Positions 1 to 13,538 of a stretch of DNA of 64,000 nucleotides are shown here, one piece after another. Within the stretch, counting starts at the first letter, position 1. Each line of letters starts with the position of its first letter. The notes beneath the pieces are model-generated. The model searched no databases and was not told the origin of the DNA. It worked only from the letters and a program-made list of their open reading frames with translations. Source of the stretch: Octopus sinensis (Eukaryota); assembly GCF_006345805.1 (NCBI RefSeq), contig NC_043006.1, positions 101,866,001-101,930,000 of the forward strand. Reading direction: 5' to 3'. The position numbers and the translations under genes were made by a program.

Positions 1-1212
1 CAACACCAGAAATGTTTTGATGAGTTAAGAACATCTATGCATCTCTGCCATCAATCAACGAGTTTATTTATGCCTCGTTGATAAAAAGGTATTGGCTTTG
101 ATACTAAGAAATGTTTGAAAGCTGATTCCACCTCTGGTTTGGACCTGAAAGTTTTATCACTTAAAAACGTGTTTAAACACTTAAAAAAGTGGTAGTCAGT
201 GGGTGAAAGATCAGGAGAATATGGAAGATGTGGTAAAGTTGCATATCCCAAGTTTGTGAGTTTCTGCAGTGTCATTCTTGCAGCATGTAGCTTTGCATTA
301 TTGTGGAGCTGAATTGGGTCATGCCGATTCATCAATGCAGGTCTCATTTTTGCAAGTGAGCATGCATTTCAGCGAGTTGATTGCAGTAAACCTCTGCTGT
401 AATGCTCTGATTGACTTCTAGAAAGCTGTAATAAACAGCACCAATTGCAGACCACTAGACAGTCACCATAATCTTTTGCTGATGCAACTTTGGCTTTGGG
501 AAATGTTTGGGGGACCCATCACGATCAAGCCATTACCCAATCATTTATGGTTATCATAAAGGATCCACTTTCTGTCACAAGTGACTATTCTGTCAAGAAA
601 AGGATCATTGGTGTTTTGCAGAAAGAGCATTGAGCAAACTTCAAAATGCTGAACATTATGATTTTCATTGAGTTCATGTGGTACCCGTTTATCGAGCTTT
701 TTCGCCTTACCAATCTTCTGCAGATTGTGTGAGAACATTGCAATACCAACACCAAGTGCCTGAGACATTTCTCTGATACTTTGATGTGAATTTTGTTCAA
801 CAATTACTTTCAATTGTTCATTGTCAAGACTACATGACCATCCTTTGCCTTCTTCATCTTCAAGGCTCTCATCACCACAACAGAATTTCTGAAACCACCT
901 TTGTACTGTGCGATCACTTGTGGATCCCTCTCCTCATGCTCTGTTGATGTTGGCAGTGGTTTGGGAGGCATTGTGCCCAAGCTTGAACTCATGCAAGAAA
1001 AGTAAGCAAAGGTCCGTTTTTGTCATGTTCATAATTAAGGGCGCCTATGCTTCAAGAATGTTTTCTGTCTGAAATAAGTAGAAAATTATTAAAGAGCATA
1101 CAACAGTTATGAAGTATGTTGAAATTCACCTAAAATATAATTAAAATACTATGATAAAATTGTGTTTCAAAACACAACATTTAGAGCAGCCATTATTTTC
1201 AGAACTACCTAA
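1..1212 (-). mobile_element. Decayed mariner (Tc1/mariner, D,D34D) DNA transposon with 5' TIR; 3' end runs off the window
   Basis: Minus strand reads TA (1214-1213) then TTAGGTAGTTCTGAAAATAATGGGC, a mariner-type TIR start resembling Hsmar1 TTAGGTTGGTGC. A transposase pseudo-ORF lies inside. Confidence 0.9.
30..1026 (-). pseudogene. Mariner transposase pseudogene (Hsmar1/SETMAR-transposase-like)
   Basis: From ATG 1026: MTKTDLCLLFLHEFKLGHNASQTTANINRA*GEGSTSDRTVQRWFQKF, then RVPHEL (WVPHEL motif), IVTCDRKWILYDN, LHNNA (HDNA motif) and YSPDLSPTDYHFF, ending GINKLVD*WQRCID. Contains stops and frameshifts. Confidence 0.93.
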
Positions 1213-1489
1213 TATGTGTGTGTGTGTGTGCATACATATATGAGAAAAAGACTGTCAATAGAATAATATCTGACAATATTTTTCTCTTTATATGTTTATG
1301 TGACTTGTAATATATTCGTTGTTTCTGTAAATAAAGTGGATAAAAAAATGATGATGACAAATGAAGACTGGGTTAAACGTGTTTGTTTCAAATTCTTTTG
1401 GATTGGGAGGTGAGCATCGATCAACCTAGAAATGTTGGCTCAGTACTTTAACAATTAATTATCATTATCATTATTGTCAGGACATTGAT

Positions 1490-1712
1490 GTGGCTTAAAT
1501 AACTGAGTGCTGGTCTAAATAATACTTCACTAAATTCAAGTGGCTGTCTTTATGGTGTGTGTTCAAAACTGACTGGAGTTAATTTAGCCTTTCATCCTAC
1601 CTGAGACCTGAGTCAATTGAAAGAAACACTAGTCAAACGCTGGTGTTGTGGTTTCATTGCATCAATCCTCCTTTCTTCCAAAATTTGTGACTTTGTTCCA
1701 TTGCTAGAAATT
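1490..1712 (+). mobile_element. SINE family B, degenerate copy
   Basis: GTTCAAAAC box, then ttagcctttcatcct and tgactttgttccattgctagaaattattatt, matching better copies at 4503 and 57715. Confidence 0.55.
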
Positions 1713-2514
1713 ATTATTGTTATCATCATCATTATTAATATTCCTTATTGTTATTATTGTTAGTTGTTTTACATTGTTATTCTAATCATTTTTTTCTTTT
1801 TTTTTTGTTTGGCTGTTATATCAGTTACTATGACTACAAATATTATCATTATCTAGCTGTAACTATCCCATAAAGATTTCTTTTTTTTTATTTCATATGC
1901 TTTCATTCAGTACAAAAAAATAATAAAATAAAATGTTAAGAGAAGAATAATAACAACAAAAATTGTTGTTATTCTGTGACTTAATACAAAACCAAAACTA
2001 TTATTCTTCTTGTCTGCAGACAGCTAAAGGATAGATTTATTGTTATTATTTTTTTATATTTTTTTCCAAATTTTTCTTGTTTACTTTTTACTATTTTCCC
2101 CCCTACAGCCATTCAGAATAACTATACAAACAAATAAAAATTGTTCATTCTCTTTTCTCTCCCCACTCCCCACTGAAAAAAATAAAAGAAATTTAAAACT
2201 TTTTTTTTCTTTTGCATATTGTTTATGAGATGGTGCTGGTGGTGAAGAATTTTGGTTTGTCTTTGTTGGTTGTGTGTTGTTCCATTTTTGGTGAGGCTAG
2301 TTGTTTTTACGCAAGACAAAAAAAAATATATATTAAATAAAAGAAATAACAAAGGATTAAAAAAAGTGGAAAAAAAGAATGAAATGAGATAAATAATGAA
2401 ATCAATAAACTCTATTCATCTCTTATCTTTGATGCCAAAAACATTGCCATCTACATGTCTCATACTTTTGAAAAAGAATTGAATTTTGGCGACTTCCCTT
2501 TCGGTTCTTCATTA

Positions 2515-2598
2515 TATGTGTGTGTGTGTGTCTGTACGCATGTGTGTGTGTGCATGCATGCGTGTGTGTGTGTGTATGTGTACGCACACATGTGTGCA

Positions 2599-2634
<36 letters not shown>

Positions 2635-2704
2635 ATGTGTGTGTATGTATGCATATGAGGGAGTATATGTTTGTGTATGGGTATGTATGTGTGTCTATAT
2701 ACGT

Positions 2705-2743
<39 letters not shown>

Positions 2744-3208
2744 CATATATCCCTATTGTTTAAGCTATATCCATACAGATCCAGGATTAACCACCTCAGT
2801 TATCTGCATACATATCTGTGTGTATGATTGTATATATGTGTGTGTGTGTGTGAGAGTGTGCTATCTTGTGTGTGTGTGTGTGTGTGCTGTGTCTGTTTTC
2901 TAAGCAAAGCTTTTGATGTGTAATATCAATTGATCATCTTTGATTGGTGTAGATCTATCATTCAGGTCATCTGTAAATTATTTCCTAGTTTGGTAAATTT
3001 CCTGGCATCAGTCTGTCTGGCTACAAGAGCTGGATAATTTTTTTGCTTTCCACTTCACCCTCTACCATTTCCTTTTGATAAGGGAAAGGAGGGAGAAAAT
3101 GAGAAAAGCAATGTCACAGTGGAAAGTCTGATCAATATGAATGGCTTATACATATACATATATATATATATATATAGATATATATATATATATATATGAT
3201 ATATATGC

Positions 3209-3249
<41 letters not shown>

Positions 3250-3554
3250 TATACACACACACATTCATGCATTTATTACACATTTACACATAGATGTATG
3301 ATCTATATTTTTATATGTATGTATATTATATACATATAATAATATAAAAATATATGCAAACAAAAATACAATATATATATATATAATATATATATATATA
3401 TGTTGCCTTCTATTTCTGCTTGCGTCACTCTCTTTCTTTCCATTTACCTATCTATCTTTCTATCTAATTACTCTTCATTTTTCTTTATGCATCTCTACCT
3501 AATTTTGCCTATTCCTCTATTTTCCCTCTTCATGTCTGTCTCTTTAGGACCCCA

Positions 3555-3603
<49 letters not shown>

Positions 3604-4070
3604 CACATATGAGTGTTTGTATGTGTCTATGTGCATATGTATACAGGTATGTATGTATGTGTGTGTATGTATATATATATAATGTATATATATATATATT
3701 ATATAATGTATATATATATATATATATATATAATGTATATATATAATGTATATATATAATGTATATATATATATATATATATATATAATGTATATATATA
3801 TATAATGTATATATATATGTATATATATAATGTATATATATAATGTATATATATATATAATGTATGCATATATGTATAGGTATATGTATACATGCTTATA
3901 GGTATATGTTTGCATGCTTATAGGTGTATGCATGTTTATAGGTATATATATGTATATAGGTATATGTGTATATACATGTGCGTGTGTGTGTGTGTGTGTG
4001 TTTATGTATATGTTTTTATCTATGTATGCATATATGTGTGCGTGTATGTTTTTGTGCATGTGAATACAAA
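2515..4070. repeat. Cluster of compound (GT)n/(AT)n/(AC)n/(CT)n microsatellites
   Basis: Directly visible. Includes a tatataatg-type higher-order unit at about 3670-3860 and (CT)n at about 3558-3600. Confidence 0.95.
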
Positions 4071-4502
4071 TACATATCTTTTTTGTTATATACACCGTTT
4101 TATATATAGTATTTATCATTTTTTTTACACCGCACATTTTTCTCTTCCTTTCATATCTTTTTGTCCTTTCTTTCTCTCTATTATATTTCACCCACATCTG
4201 ATATTGCCACTGTACATGTCTGTATGTCTATCAGTGTATCTCTCTACATGTCTATGCATGTGTGAACTCTGTGTTAGTACATATTGGTTCAACACTAGTG
4301 TGGTGATGGTGTAACACTTTTCTTCACTGTTTACACAATTAGATTAATAGTAGTTCACTGTCAGCTATGAGTTACCAAAATGTCTAGATAATATTATATT
4401 CAATCTCAAAGTCATTCAGGGATGCTCTCCTGTTATTGTATTTTTTTATATTAGTTATTTTCTTTTCGTTTATTATATTTATATTAGTATTTGACGGAAT
4501 AG

Positions 4503-4912
4503 GGTGTTGAGCTGGTAGAATTGTTAGCATGACAGACAAAATGCTCAGTGGCACTTTTGGTTTTACATTATGAATTCAAATTCCACCAAGGTCAATTTTG
4601 TCTTTCATCCTTTCAAGGTCAATGGAATAAGTACCAGTCATGTACAGGGGATCAGTGTAATCTACTTTCACCTCCCTGTGAAAACTGCTGACCCTATGCT
4701 GAAAATTTGAAACCCATATTTATTTGACAGAATAATGCAGTGAACGAGCAGAATTGTTAGCATGGCAGACAAAATGCTTAGTGGCACTTTATCTGTCTTT
4801 GTGTTCTGAGTACAAAATTCCACCAAGGTCAATTTTGCTTTTCATTCTTTCAGGGTTGATGAAATAAGGACCAGTTGAACACTAGAATGAGTGTAATCAA
4901 ATAGCCCTGCTA
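4503..4912 (+). mobile_element. Two head-to-tail copies of tRNA-derived SINE family B
   Basis: Each has gagctggtagaattgttagc (A-box region), ttcaaattcc (B box), aaggtcaattttg-tttcatcctttc and aataagtaccagt. Copies at about 4503-4717 and 4737-4912. Confidence 0.85.
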
Positions 4913-4924
4913 CTTGCTACAATA

Positions 4925-5190
4925 GTAAAGACATGTAAGAATGTCTCAGGAAAGAATTACTAGACAGGTTTTACAGGCAAAAACCAACCAGCAGAAGACC
5001 CAGAAATAGAGCACAAACAAGATGGTTGGATAAACATTCATGCACTCAGCTGGTCTTGCTTGGGGATTTAGCTGAGTCAATTGGAGGTGGTTTCTTCTAA
5101 CAAAACCATGTGAAAGTTGTGCTTAAGGATTTTGTCCCCATGAGCCTCTCAAGAATAAATAGGCAAAAAAGATGAGTTGAGATGAGATGA
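4925..5190 (+). mobile_element. 3' end of an old RTE-clade LINE with (GATGA)n tail
   Basis: Frameshifted translation RQVLQAK..SRRPR..TRWLD..HALSWSCLGI..LEVVSSNKTM..LCLRILSP resembles the RTE/Expander ORF2 C-terminus. Ends gatgagttgagatgagatgaga. Confidence 0.6.
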
Positions 5191-6074
5191 GAATCATTAG
5201 AGCATTGAAAAAAAAAAGCCCTTGCAGTATTTCTTCTGGCTTATTACATTCCAAGTTCAAATCCTGCTGTCCTCCAATTTTGCCTTTTTGCTGTCAAGTG
5301 TATATAGAGTTCAAGTCAGGTTAAGATTTTAAATTTTATTTTTCTAATCTGGATGTCATTGAACTAAGAACCATTCATGTATGTGGGTTCATAATTTATT
5401 AATTTACAGTTTTGAGTCAGTTTAAGGAAACCATTAATTTTAGAGTAAACTATTCTGTTACATCCTGTAATTAAATATCCATAAGCAAAAGAACATGTAC
5501 ACACATTTGTACATGCACATACACACACACACACCTGTTCTAACCCACTCAAATACACCCACACTCATAATAAAATTAACTTCTCCATTTTCTATGATTC
5601 ACTTTAAAAAAAACAAGTTTGCTTCTTCATGTTTATATTTATTGTTGTCCTATTATTATTATTTTTCCTCTTCCTTCTCTCTTGTCACTTTTTTCTTCTT
5701 TTATCTTCTCTTTTTTTCTTGTTTTTTTAAAAAAAAATCAAACTCGCCCTCGCATCTTCACTGTTTCTATTTGAAAGGTGTTGCTTTTGTTTAGAACTCT
5801 TGCAAGAGAACAAGCCTGCAGTTATTGTATCACAGATATTTTCATTTAAGTGCAAAAGATAAATTAATAAATAACTAATTAATTAAATAAGTAAATAAAT
5901 CATTATATCTGAATGTAGTTTGTACTTTCTAAACATAGTAATTTAACATCGTTATTAAAACATCCAAACTTTAAATTAGTGACAATTTTAATACTCTTTG
6001 TAGCATGTAGTGAATTATATTAAATTTTGGGAGAGGTGAGTGCATTGGTTAGATGGGTTAAGGACTGACTTCTC

Positions 6075-6412
6075 AGCTCATTAAACCTGTGATGGTATCA
6101 CTTTGCAGCTATTAAATATATGATCATAGCACTATTAAGTGTATATATATATATACCACATCACAGCCTTTTAAAAAGTATGGTCATATCACTTCTCAAC
6201 CCATTAAATATATGTTTATATAACTTTGCAGACCATTCAACATGTAATTGTACCACTTCTCAACCCATTAAATACATACCGGTATCACTTTGTAGACCAT
6301 TAAATGAATTCATACCACTCTTTTCATCCCATTAAACATGTGTTCCTATCACTTAATCAACCCATTAAATACATGTTTATATCACTCAGCTCCCCATTAA
6401 ACATGTTTTTAT
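6075..6412 (+). repeat. Degenerate ~32 bp minisatellite, about 10 units
   Basis: Recurrent ccattaaa(t/c)a...tatcact unit at about 32 bp spacing. Confidence 0.85.
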
Positions 6413-6693
6413 CTGAACTTTGTATTCAGCAACTGATCAAAATTGTATTTGTTTCTGACTGCAAAGAGGAACCTAGTTCTATGATTATTTTTGGTAATAT
6501 TATGTATGTAAAGCTATCATGGGATAATGAGACCCTCTATTTGCAGCGACTTTGGGGGTTTCCTTGTGCATCATTTATACTTTAAAAATCTGACGGCTAT
6601 TGAAAATGGACCCCATTGACACTTGTTGAATAAACAATGTCTTATTTTTACCTCACAAAAAATAAAATCTTCAATTCTGATAGGAATGAAATG

Positions 6694-6736
<43 letters not shown>

Positions 6737-8165
6737 TTAATGTCCGTTTTCCATGCTGGCATAGGTTGGATACCAGCATTGGCCATGATTACTATCTCAC
6801 TTGGCTTGACAGACCTAACAGAATTTAACAGAAGAATATTTTGATGCAAATTTTATATGAAATTTCAAAAGAGGTCACATGACAAATGCTTTTAAATTTA
6901 CCTGTGTGTATTTAGAGCATGTGCCCTTAGAGGAAGGTGTGTGTGAATATGGTAATGTAAAGAAAAGGTTACATTTTTGCACAATAATCACAAATTGGAA
7001 CAGATATTAAACTGGTGTTGTGGTTCTGTTATTGGAAGTGGTTCTTAAAATAATATAGATAAAGAACCACAGAAAATATGTGGAGGCATTTGAAATTAAG
7101 ACAAATGGCATGGAATTCTTATAGTGCAGGTTAAGAAAATTGTAAATACAAATCTGAAATGAATTGAATAGTATTAATAAGCATCCTTAACAAATGTCAT
7201 TTTTTTAATATTTGCTTTGTAAATGTATGTGAATGTGATGATTCTTAAAAGAACTTTTATACATATAAATATATATATATCAGAACCAAAAAAAAATGTG
7301 GGGGTGGGGAGATTACATTAATCTTCATTTTCATGAGGAAAATACTGTGCTTTCAATTCAGATATGTATGTAATGTCACCAGTTTTAAATATGCATGTTC
7401 AATGCATGTTCTGGCAGAATCTCTCTATATGACAGTTATATATTAGTGTGTGTCACTAATATAAGCAGTGTTGTTGAGTGTGTATGTAAGTATGTGTAAA
7501 TGTGTGTGTGTGCATCATTAATATAAGAGTTGTTGAGTGTTTGTATAGGCATATGTGTGAATGTGTGTGTATGTATACACACACATGTCTATGTGTATAT
7601 GTATATATATGTGTGTGTGTGTTTGTATAGGCTTATGTGTGAATGTGTGTGTATGTATACACACACATGTCTGTGTGTATGTATATATATGTGTGTGTGT
7701 GTTTGTATGTGTGTGTATATATATATATATATGCATATATACATAATGTAAGGATATATATATGTATTTGTGTAAGTTTATATAAATGTATATAACCATG
7801 TTTGTGTGTATGTAAGTGTGTGTTTTTTAATGGATCAGTTCTATTTCACTTAGAGCAACAGGCATCAATTTTAAAAGGATTTATCACAGTATAGCTTTGA
7901 ATACAGATTCATTAGACAGCAGTTTTTGATCTTGACTGCAATGACAAATATTCTGTTGTTAGACTTATTTACAGTATTTTAGGCTATACATATTATGTGT
8001 GTATGTAAAGCTGTATGCAGTTTCACAAGTTCCACTGTTCCTTGAAAATAGTACAATTCTATTGGATATAATTGAATATGGATCCCATGAACAGTTGTAG
8101 TTGGTGGGATTAAATATCATTTGCAAAACATGTTAATTCCTAAACTCTGTAACTTGTTATAAATA

Positions 8166-8590
8166 TTGATCTCAATTTTTGGCTCAAGGCCAGCAATTTT
8201 GAGAGGGGGGGATTATTTGATTACATCAATCCCAGTACTCATTTTATTAACTTATTTTATTAACCCCAAAAGGATGAAAGGCAAAGTCAGCCTCAGTGGA
8301 ATTTGAACTCCAGAACATAAAGACAGACGTAATGCTGCTAAGCATTAGGCTGGGCTTGGTAATAATTCTACCTACTCATCACCTTACTTGTTATGAATAT
8401 TGATTTCAAATTTTGGCACGAAACCAGCAGTTTCAAGGGACGGGGTAAGGCCTATTATGCCAAACCCAGTGTTCAACAGGTACCAATTTTATTGACCTTG
8501 AAAGGATGAAAGGCAAAGTCGATCTCAACAGAATTCGAACTCAGAACGTAAAGAGGGATGAAATGCTGCTAAGTAAAGCTTGCTGCTTTT
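8166..8590 (-). mobile_element. Two tandem SINE family B copies
   Basis: Reverse-complement B motifs (aaaggatgaaaggcaaagtc, gaatttgaactc, aatgctgctaag) at about 8166-8383 and 8400-8590. Confidence 0.85.
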
Positions 8591-9654
8591 ACTTGTAATA
8601 AATATTAAGATTTTTTTTTTTAAATGTCAGAATGTGTTAACAATGCTGAGGTAGCACAATGCTAGTTTCAATACAAGACTAAATTTACTTTAGAACTTAC
8701 TTCATTGTTTTTAGTTCAAATGTTGCCACGTTGACATTGTTGATTTTACTTTTCATCTTGCTTTACTGCCATACAGTATAATTGCTAGTTATATGCTGGT
8801 TTCTTTTCAATTAACTTTAGCCTGCCTCTATAAAACTTGGCTCCATGCCTATTCAAAAATGAATCACTATTTTGATATGTTTATCTATGTATACCTATCA
8901 AAATCTTGGCAAAACGAGGGGGAAAAAAATTGACACAAAATAACTAATGATGATAAATTATATTCTGATTGGAAAACAATTCATTATGGAATGAAAAATG
9001 ATAACCTTTTCTGTCAAAGATGAAGTTATTTTTGTTGTTATTGCTGTTGCTAACAATTGAATTCTGAAAAGTAAAGAGAAGTTCTCCAAGAATGTGGCCC
9101 ACAAGCTTTTTTCAAAACATTTTATTGGAGTTTCATAGCTAATGTCTTTCAGAAATGCATGTATATCACAATTTCTTAAATATCTAAGCACCCCAGACAA
9201 ATTCTTATCAGTAAGATTCTGAATTTTTAGACAATTTAGATTGACTTTTTTTATCCCCTACTTTTGGCTGTTTATTTAAGTTTTTATATCAGTTTTACAC
9301 TGCTTTCAGTAATATCCCTGATTCTCAAGTTCTTGAGCTAGTTCATAATTCCGGATTAGATTTTTAATAAGAACCTTCTTATCTAAACAAAAGGGTAATA
9401 AGTGACTTAAAGATCCCTAGTTTGAGTCCAGTCAGGGACTTTGTGCACATTTCTCCTTGTCTTTCCCATTTCATTTTGCACTGTTGAGATAATGTGGAAG
9501 CAACTACAATTTGGCATAAAGTGTTATCAATCATTGTACATTACTCAGACTCTTACCTCATGCCTCGGTAAGCTGCTGGCTGGTGTAAGAAAAAGCATCT
9601 CCTGCTACCTGTAAAGCTTTACCAGACATAATGATGCATCATCTCCATTATGAA

Positions 9655-9800
9655 CTTTTTCTCTTTAGTATTTCAGTCAGCTATATCTGGCCCAAATATT
9701 CTACCTGTTCTATGTTCAGACCTACCAGATCTGGCCTCTCACACCCAATCTACAATGTCATTTAAAAAATAAAGAATCACAGCATTAAAATGTTATAGAT
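9655..9800. mobile_element. Partial piggyBac-type MITE (family E)
   Basis: gctatatctggcccaaatattctacctgttctatgttcaga...ggcctctcacac matches the full copies. Confidence 0.7.
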
Positions 9801-10075
9801 CGATCACTCTTCAATCCTTGTTTACCATTCATTATATTTGCATCCCACACTTCCACTTTATCTTTAATCATCCTGTGCTCTCCCTATACACCTACCCAAC
9901 TAACCTGTTCTTTTTTTTTTGTCCCCAGGATCCATCCTGACATCTAATAACCACCAGCTTCATCTCTCTTTACCACTCCACCACAATTGCCCCCAATATT
10001 TTTGTATTATGCAAGACAGCCATATATTTATTCTCCTGCAAGAAACTTGTTCTGGGCTCATTCTTTCACACTTAA

Positions 10076-10295
10076 CCCTTTAGTGTTCAGATTACTCTGT
10101 TAAATGTAATACTTTTTCACTCAAATTGTTTTGAATTAATCATGCATTATGTTATATCTTTGAGGTTTCAATGATGTGATTGTCTATTTTTAGAATGTTA
10201 ATGTAGGTTAGATGTAAGAGGCTGGATATGGCCAGTTTGAATATAAAACATGTAGAATATATGGGCCAGATATGGCCGGTTTAAACACTAAAGGG
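10076..10295. mobile_element. Complete ~220 bp piggyBac-type MITE (family E) with TTAA target duplication
   Basis: TTAA (10072-75), CCCTTTAGTGTT ... AACACTAAAGGG, TTAA (10296-99): perfect 12 bp TIR with CCC/GGG termini. Confidence 0.9.
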
Positions 10296-10524
10296 TTAAA
10301 CTCTTCATCCTATAGCTTAAAGCTGCTTCCCTCTGTACTTTACTCCCATTCAGTATCACTGCATCATATTCAGCCTATGAACTTCTCAACCCACCCTCTT
10401 ACATACATACATACATACTCACATATGTACGTACATACACACATATATACACACACATACATACACACACATAAATACATACATGTCATTGTCATCATTT
10501 AATGCCTGTTAAATGATGACATAC

Positions 10525-10699
10525 ACACACAATCAACAGGCTTTTTTCAGTTTCCATCTACGATATCCACTCACAAGACTTTGGTCAGCCTTTGGCTACT
10601 GTAGAGGACACTTACCGAAGGTGCCAAACAAAGGAAAATTGAACCCAGAATCGTGTGACTGGGAAGCAAACTTCTTACCACACAGTCACATCTGCACCT
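10525..10699 (-). mobile_element. SINE family A, 5' half
   Basis: Reverse complement of the tRNA-like head and CORE-like ggcaccttcggtaagtgtc segment. Confidence 0.8.
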
Positions 10700-13538
10700 G
10701 TATGATTTCATTTGATTTGATTTTTTTTATCTGTTGAAAATATAAACGGAATAAAAATGCAGAAACTAATGTATGAATCCTCCTGCTAAGATATCGCAGC
10801 ATTTATGTGATGAACTAGTTATCTTCAAACACTGATAAGACAATAGGAAATTAATGCTAGTGATCACTTTGAATATTGTTCCAAATGTTCAGGCAATGCC
10901 ATCTTCAACTTGCAGTGATTTTTCATCTCTTTAAGTTTTTTTTTTCCCTGTTTTTTGGCAGTCGATATTATTTCATTTTATTTTTGGAGTTAAACTTTTA
11001 AAGTATATAAAGAGGCTTATCTCTCGAAATTTCTGTTTGTTAGCATATGTGTCTTGGTATGTATGAGTGTGTGTATATGTGCTGTGGCTGGGGTTTGTGT
11101 GCATGTACATTTGTCTATTTGTACGTATGGTGTGAAGAGTTGCATAAGAATTCATAGCCTTTATGTTAAGAATTGAAAATCTGTACACAAGTATATATTC
11201 TGCTTATAGAATTGATATGTACACACATAAACATACTTGTATTTACACACATATGTCCATATATGTGTGCATATGTATGTATGTATGTGTGCAGAAAGCA
11301 ACAGTTGCTTTGTATACCTAAATACCATATGGTTGTGAATGTTTTTATGCCCTTACAAATTTTTGGATGTATGTGCATACATGGAATTTTTGTTGTTTTT
11401 TTATTTTTTTCTTTGTCTTGGAAATATGCAGAATGAATCTATATATGTATTGAAACTAAGAAATCTGGTACTGTATATATAAAAACGTATGATAAAACAT
11501 TTAGCTGCAGTTTATTATAGCTAAGGTGAGTTGACCTATAGAAAGAAATATGGAGAACATAAAAAAATGGCTGCGAATAATAACTCCACATAGCTTTGCT
11601 GCAATGTGAACATTAAAATCTGCTCCATTAGCAATAGCAAACGAAATGAAGTAAAATATAAAACAAAAATTAATACTTCTCTGACCAAGAGTAGATAAGA
11701 AATTTTATAGTATTGAGAATAATAAATTCCTTCTCCTCTTTAACATCCATAATGGACTTGACATGTTCACAAGATGTGGTTGACTAGTTTTTTGGAATAT
11801 AAAACACAATTCTGTGTGTGTGTGTATGTGTGTGAGGGCATGCATGGGTGTGGGTGTGCAGTTGCAGGTGTTGTGTCCATCCCATTCTCACCTTTACAGA
11901 GTTGTTTGTGACTATTTTATTTATATATTTATAATTTTATTCATATTTGTCTTTTATATATGTATATATATATTTTTTTTTTTTTTTAATTTTGTTGCTT
12001 GTTGTTTCTAATGACAGCTGAAGTGTTCTGTAGTTTGGGTGAAGAATTTTCTGCCAAGTTGTTCTGAAATCAAATATGTTCAATATAAAAAAAAAATCTA
12101 TAAAATATAAACTAAAATTAAAAGAAAACTCAATGCAACTGAATCTTTGCATACTTATTTATTTCTAAGAAATAAATTTCTAACAAAAGGCAAAACAATT
12201 ATAGAAATGGTAGCTATCATGTTCCTCAAATTCTGAAATTGTAAAATATAAAATTGTACAAAGATATATAAAATGTTAAATGTAAGTTTTCTGTATTTCT
12301 TCGTTATGTGAAGCTCGTTACTCACTAATACGTCTGTTATTCACATTACTGCTATGTTACTCTTTTACTTGTTTATTACATCTGATTTTATTGGGATTGT
12401 TTTTTTTTTTAATTTTTTTTGTGTGTGTGTGTGTGTCATTACCTAGTTTTTCTACAGAGGTAGAAGTTAGAAAGGATGAAAGTTCTGGCTGCTTGCAGCA
12501 ATGAATATTTAAAAGTAGTTGTGTTTTGGGGTTTTTTTTTTAGTTTTTTGTTTTTTTAATCTTAATATATCATATCCTCTCTCAGGTGAGAACATTTTGA
12601 AGGCTGAATGCAGTTGTTATTGTTGTCATTGCCGTTGATATTAGACTTAATGACAATGATTAAAAAGAAAAAATATAGAATAGAAGGCTGTTTCACTGCA
12701 AACTGGTGCTAACAATAAAATAGCTGCATGGAATATTTGCTGCTAGGCTTGCGAAAAGAGATTTGTTTTGAAAAGGGAAACATTTATGCTAGGGTGGTGG
12801 GGAAAAACAACTATATTTCTGATATTGCTTCCCACTAAAATATTCAGTCAGGTGACATAAACATTAGTTATTAGTTTCATGAATAAATATAAGCATTTTG
12901 TGTGAGCATTGTTTTGCTGTTTCAAGCCATAGTCAGTGACTAGAAGAAGGACAGATTCTCCCAGATTCACAAAATGTTCTATGTTCTCTTCATGCTGGCT
13001 AAAAATGGAGAAAAATAAAAAAAGATTCTTCAAGAAGTGGCCACTGGCACCATTATGAGAAGGTTTTCATTTTCATCAGCTTTTTTCGGTTTTTATTTTT
13101 TGAAACGTAGTTCTCCTATTCCTAACGTGGTTCTGTGAATTTTAATATTTGCATGTGATTGCAACTGCTGCTTTATTGTCTGCCAACAATACGATTGGGA
13201 AATGCAAATGAAGTCCACTGATACAAATTGAGAAATGTACTTTATCACTGTTGCATCCAACAAGTGAAACAGTAAATGGAGAAACTTCCTTTTGGTTTAT
13301 TATTTCATTTTATGGATTTCATTCTCACCAGTTTTAACCCTTCCATTTTATTTTGTTGAACTTAGAAATATATCATCAAGTAAGATATCTGAATCCGTTC
13401 AATTATCAAAAAAAAAGAAACGCTTTCTTCTACTTGAGGTGTTGGGGAACCCAAATTTAATGTCTTAACTTTTATGGGTTATATGTTACTTGGAATAACT
13501 TTAGTGCATCTGTGAAGTAGACCATATTTACGAATATC

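Noticed and set aside
13060-13085. Minus-strand CTGATGA-aaat-GAAA
   Set aside because: No stem II and no suitable stem III or cleavage site.
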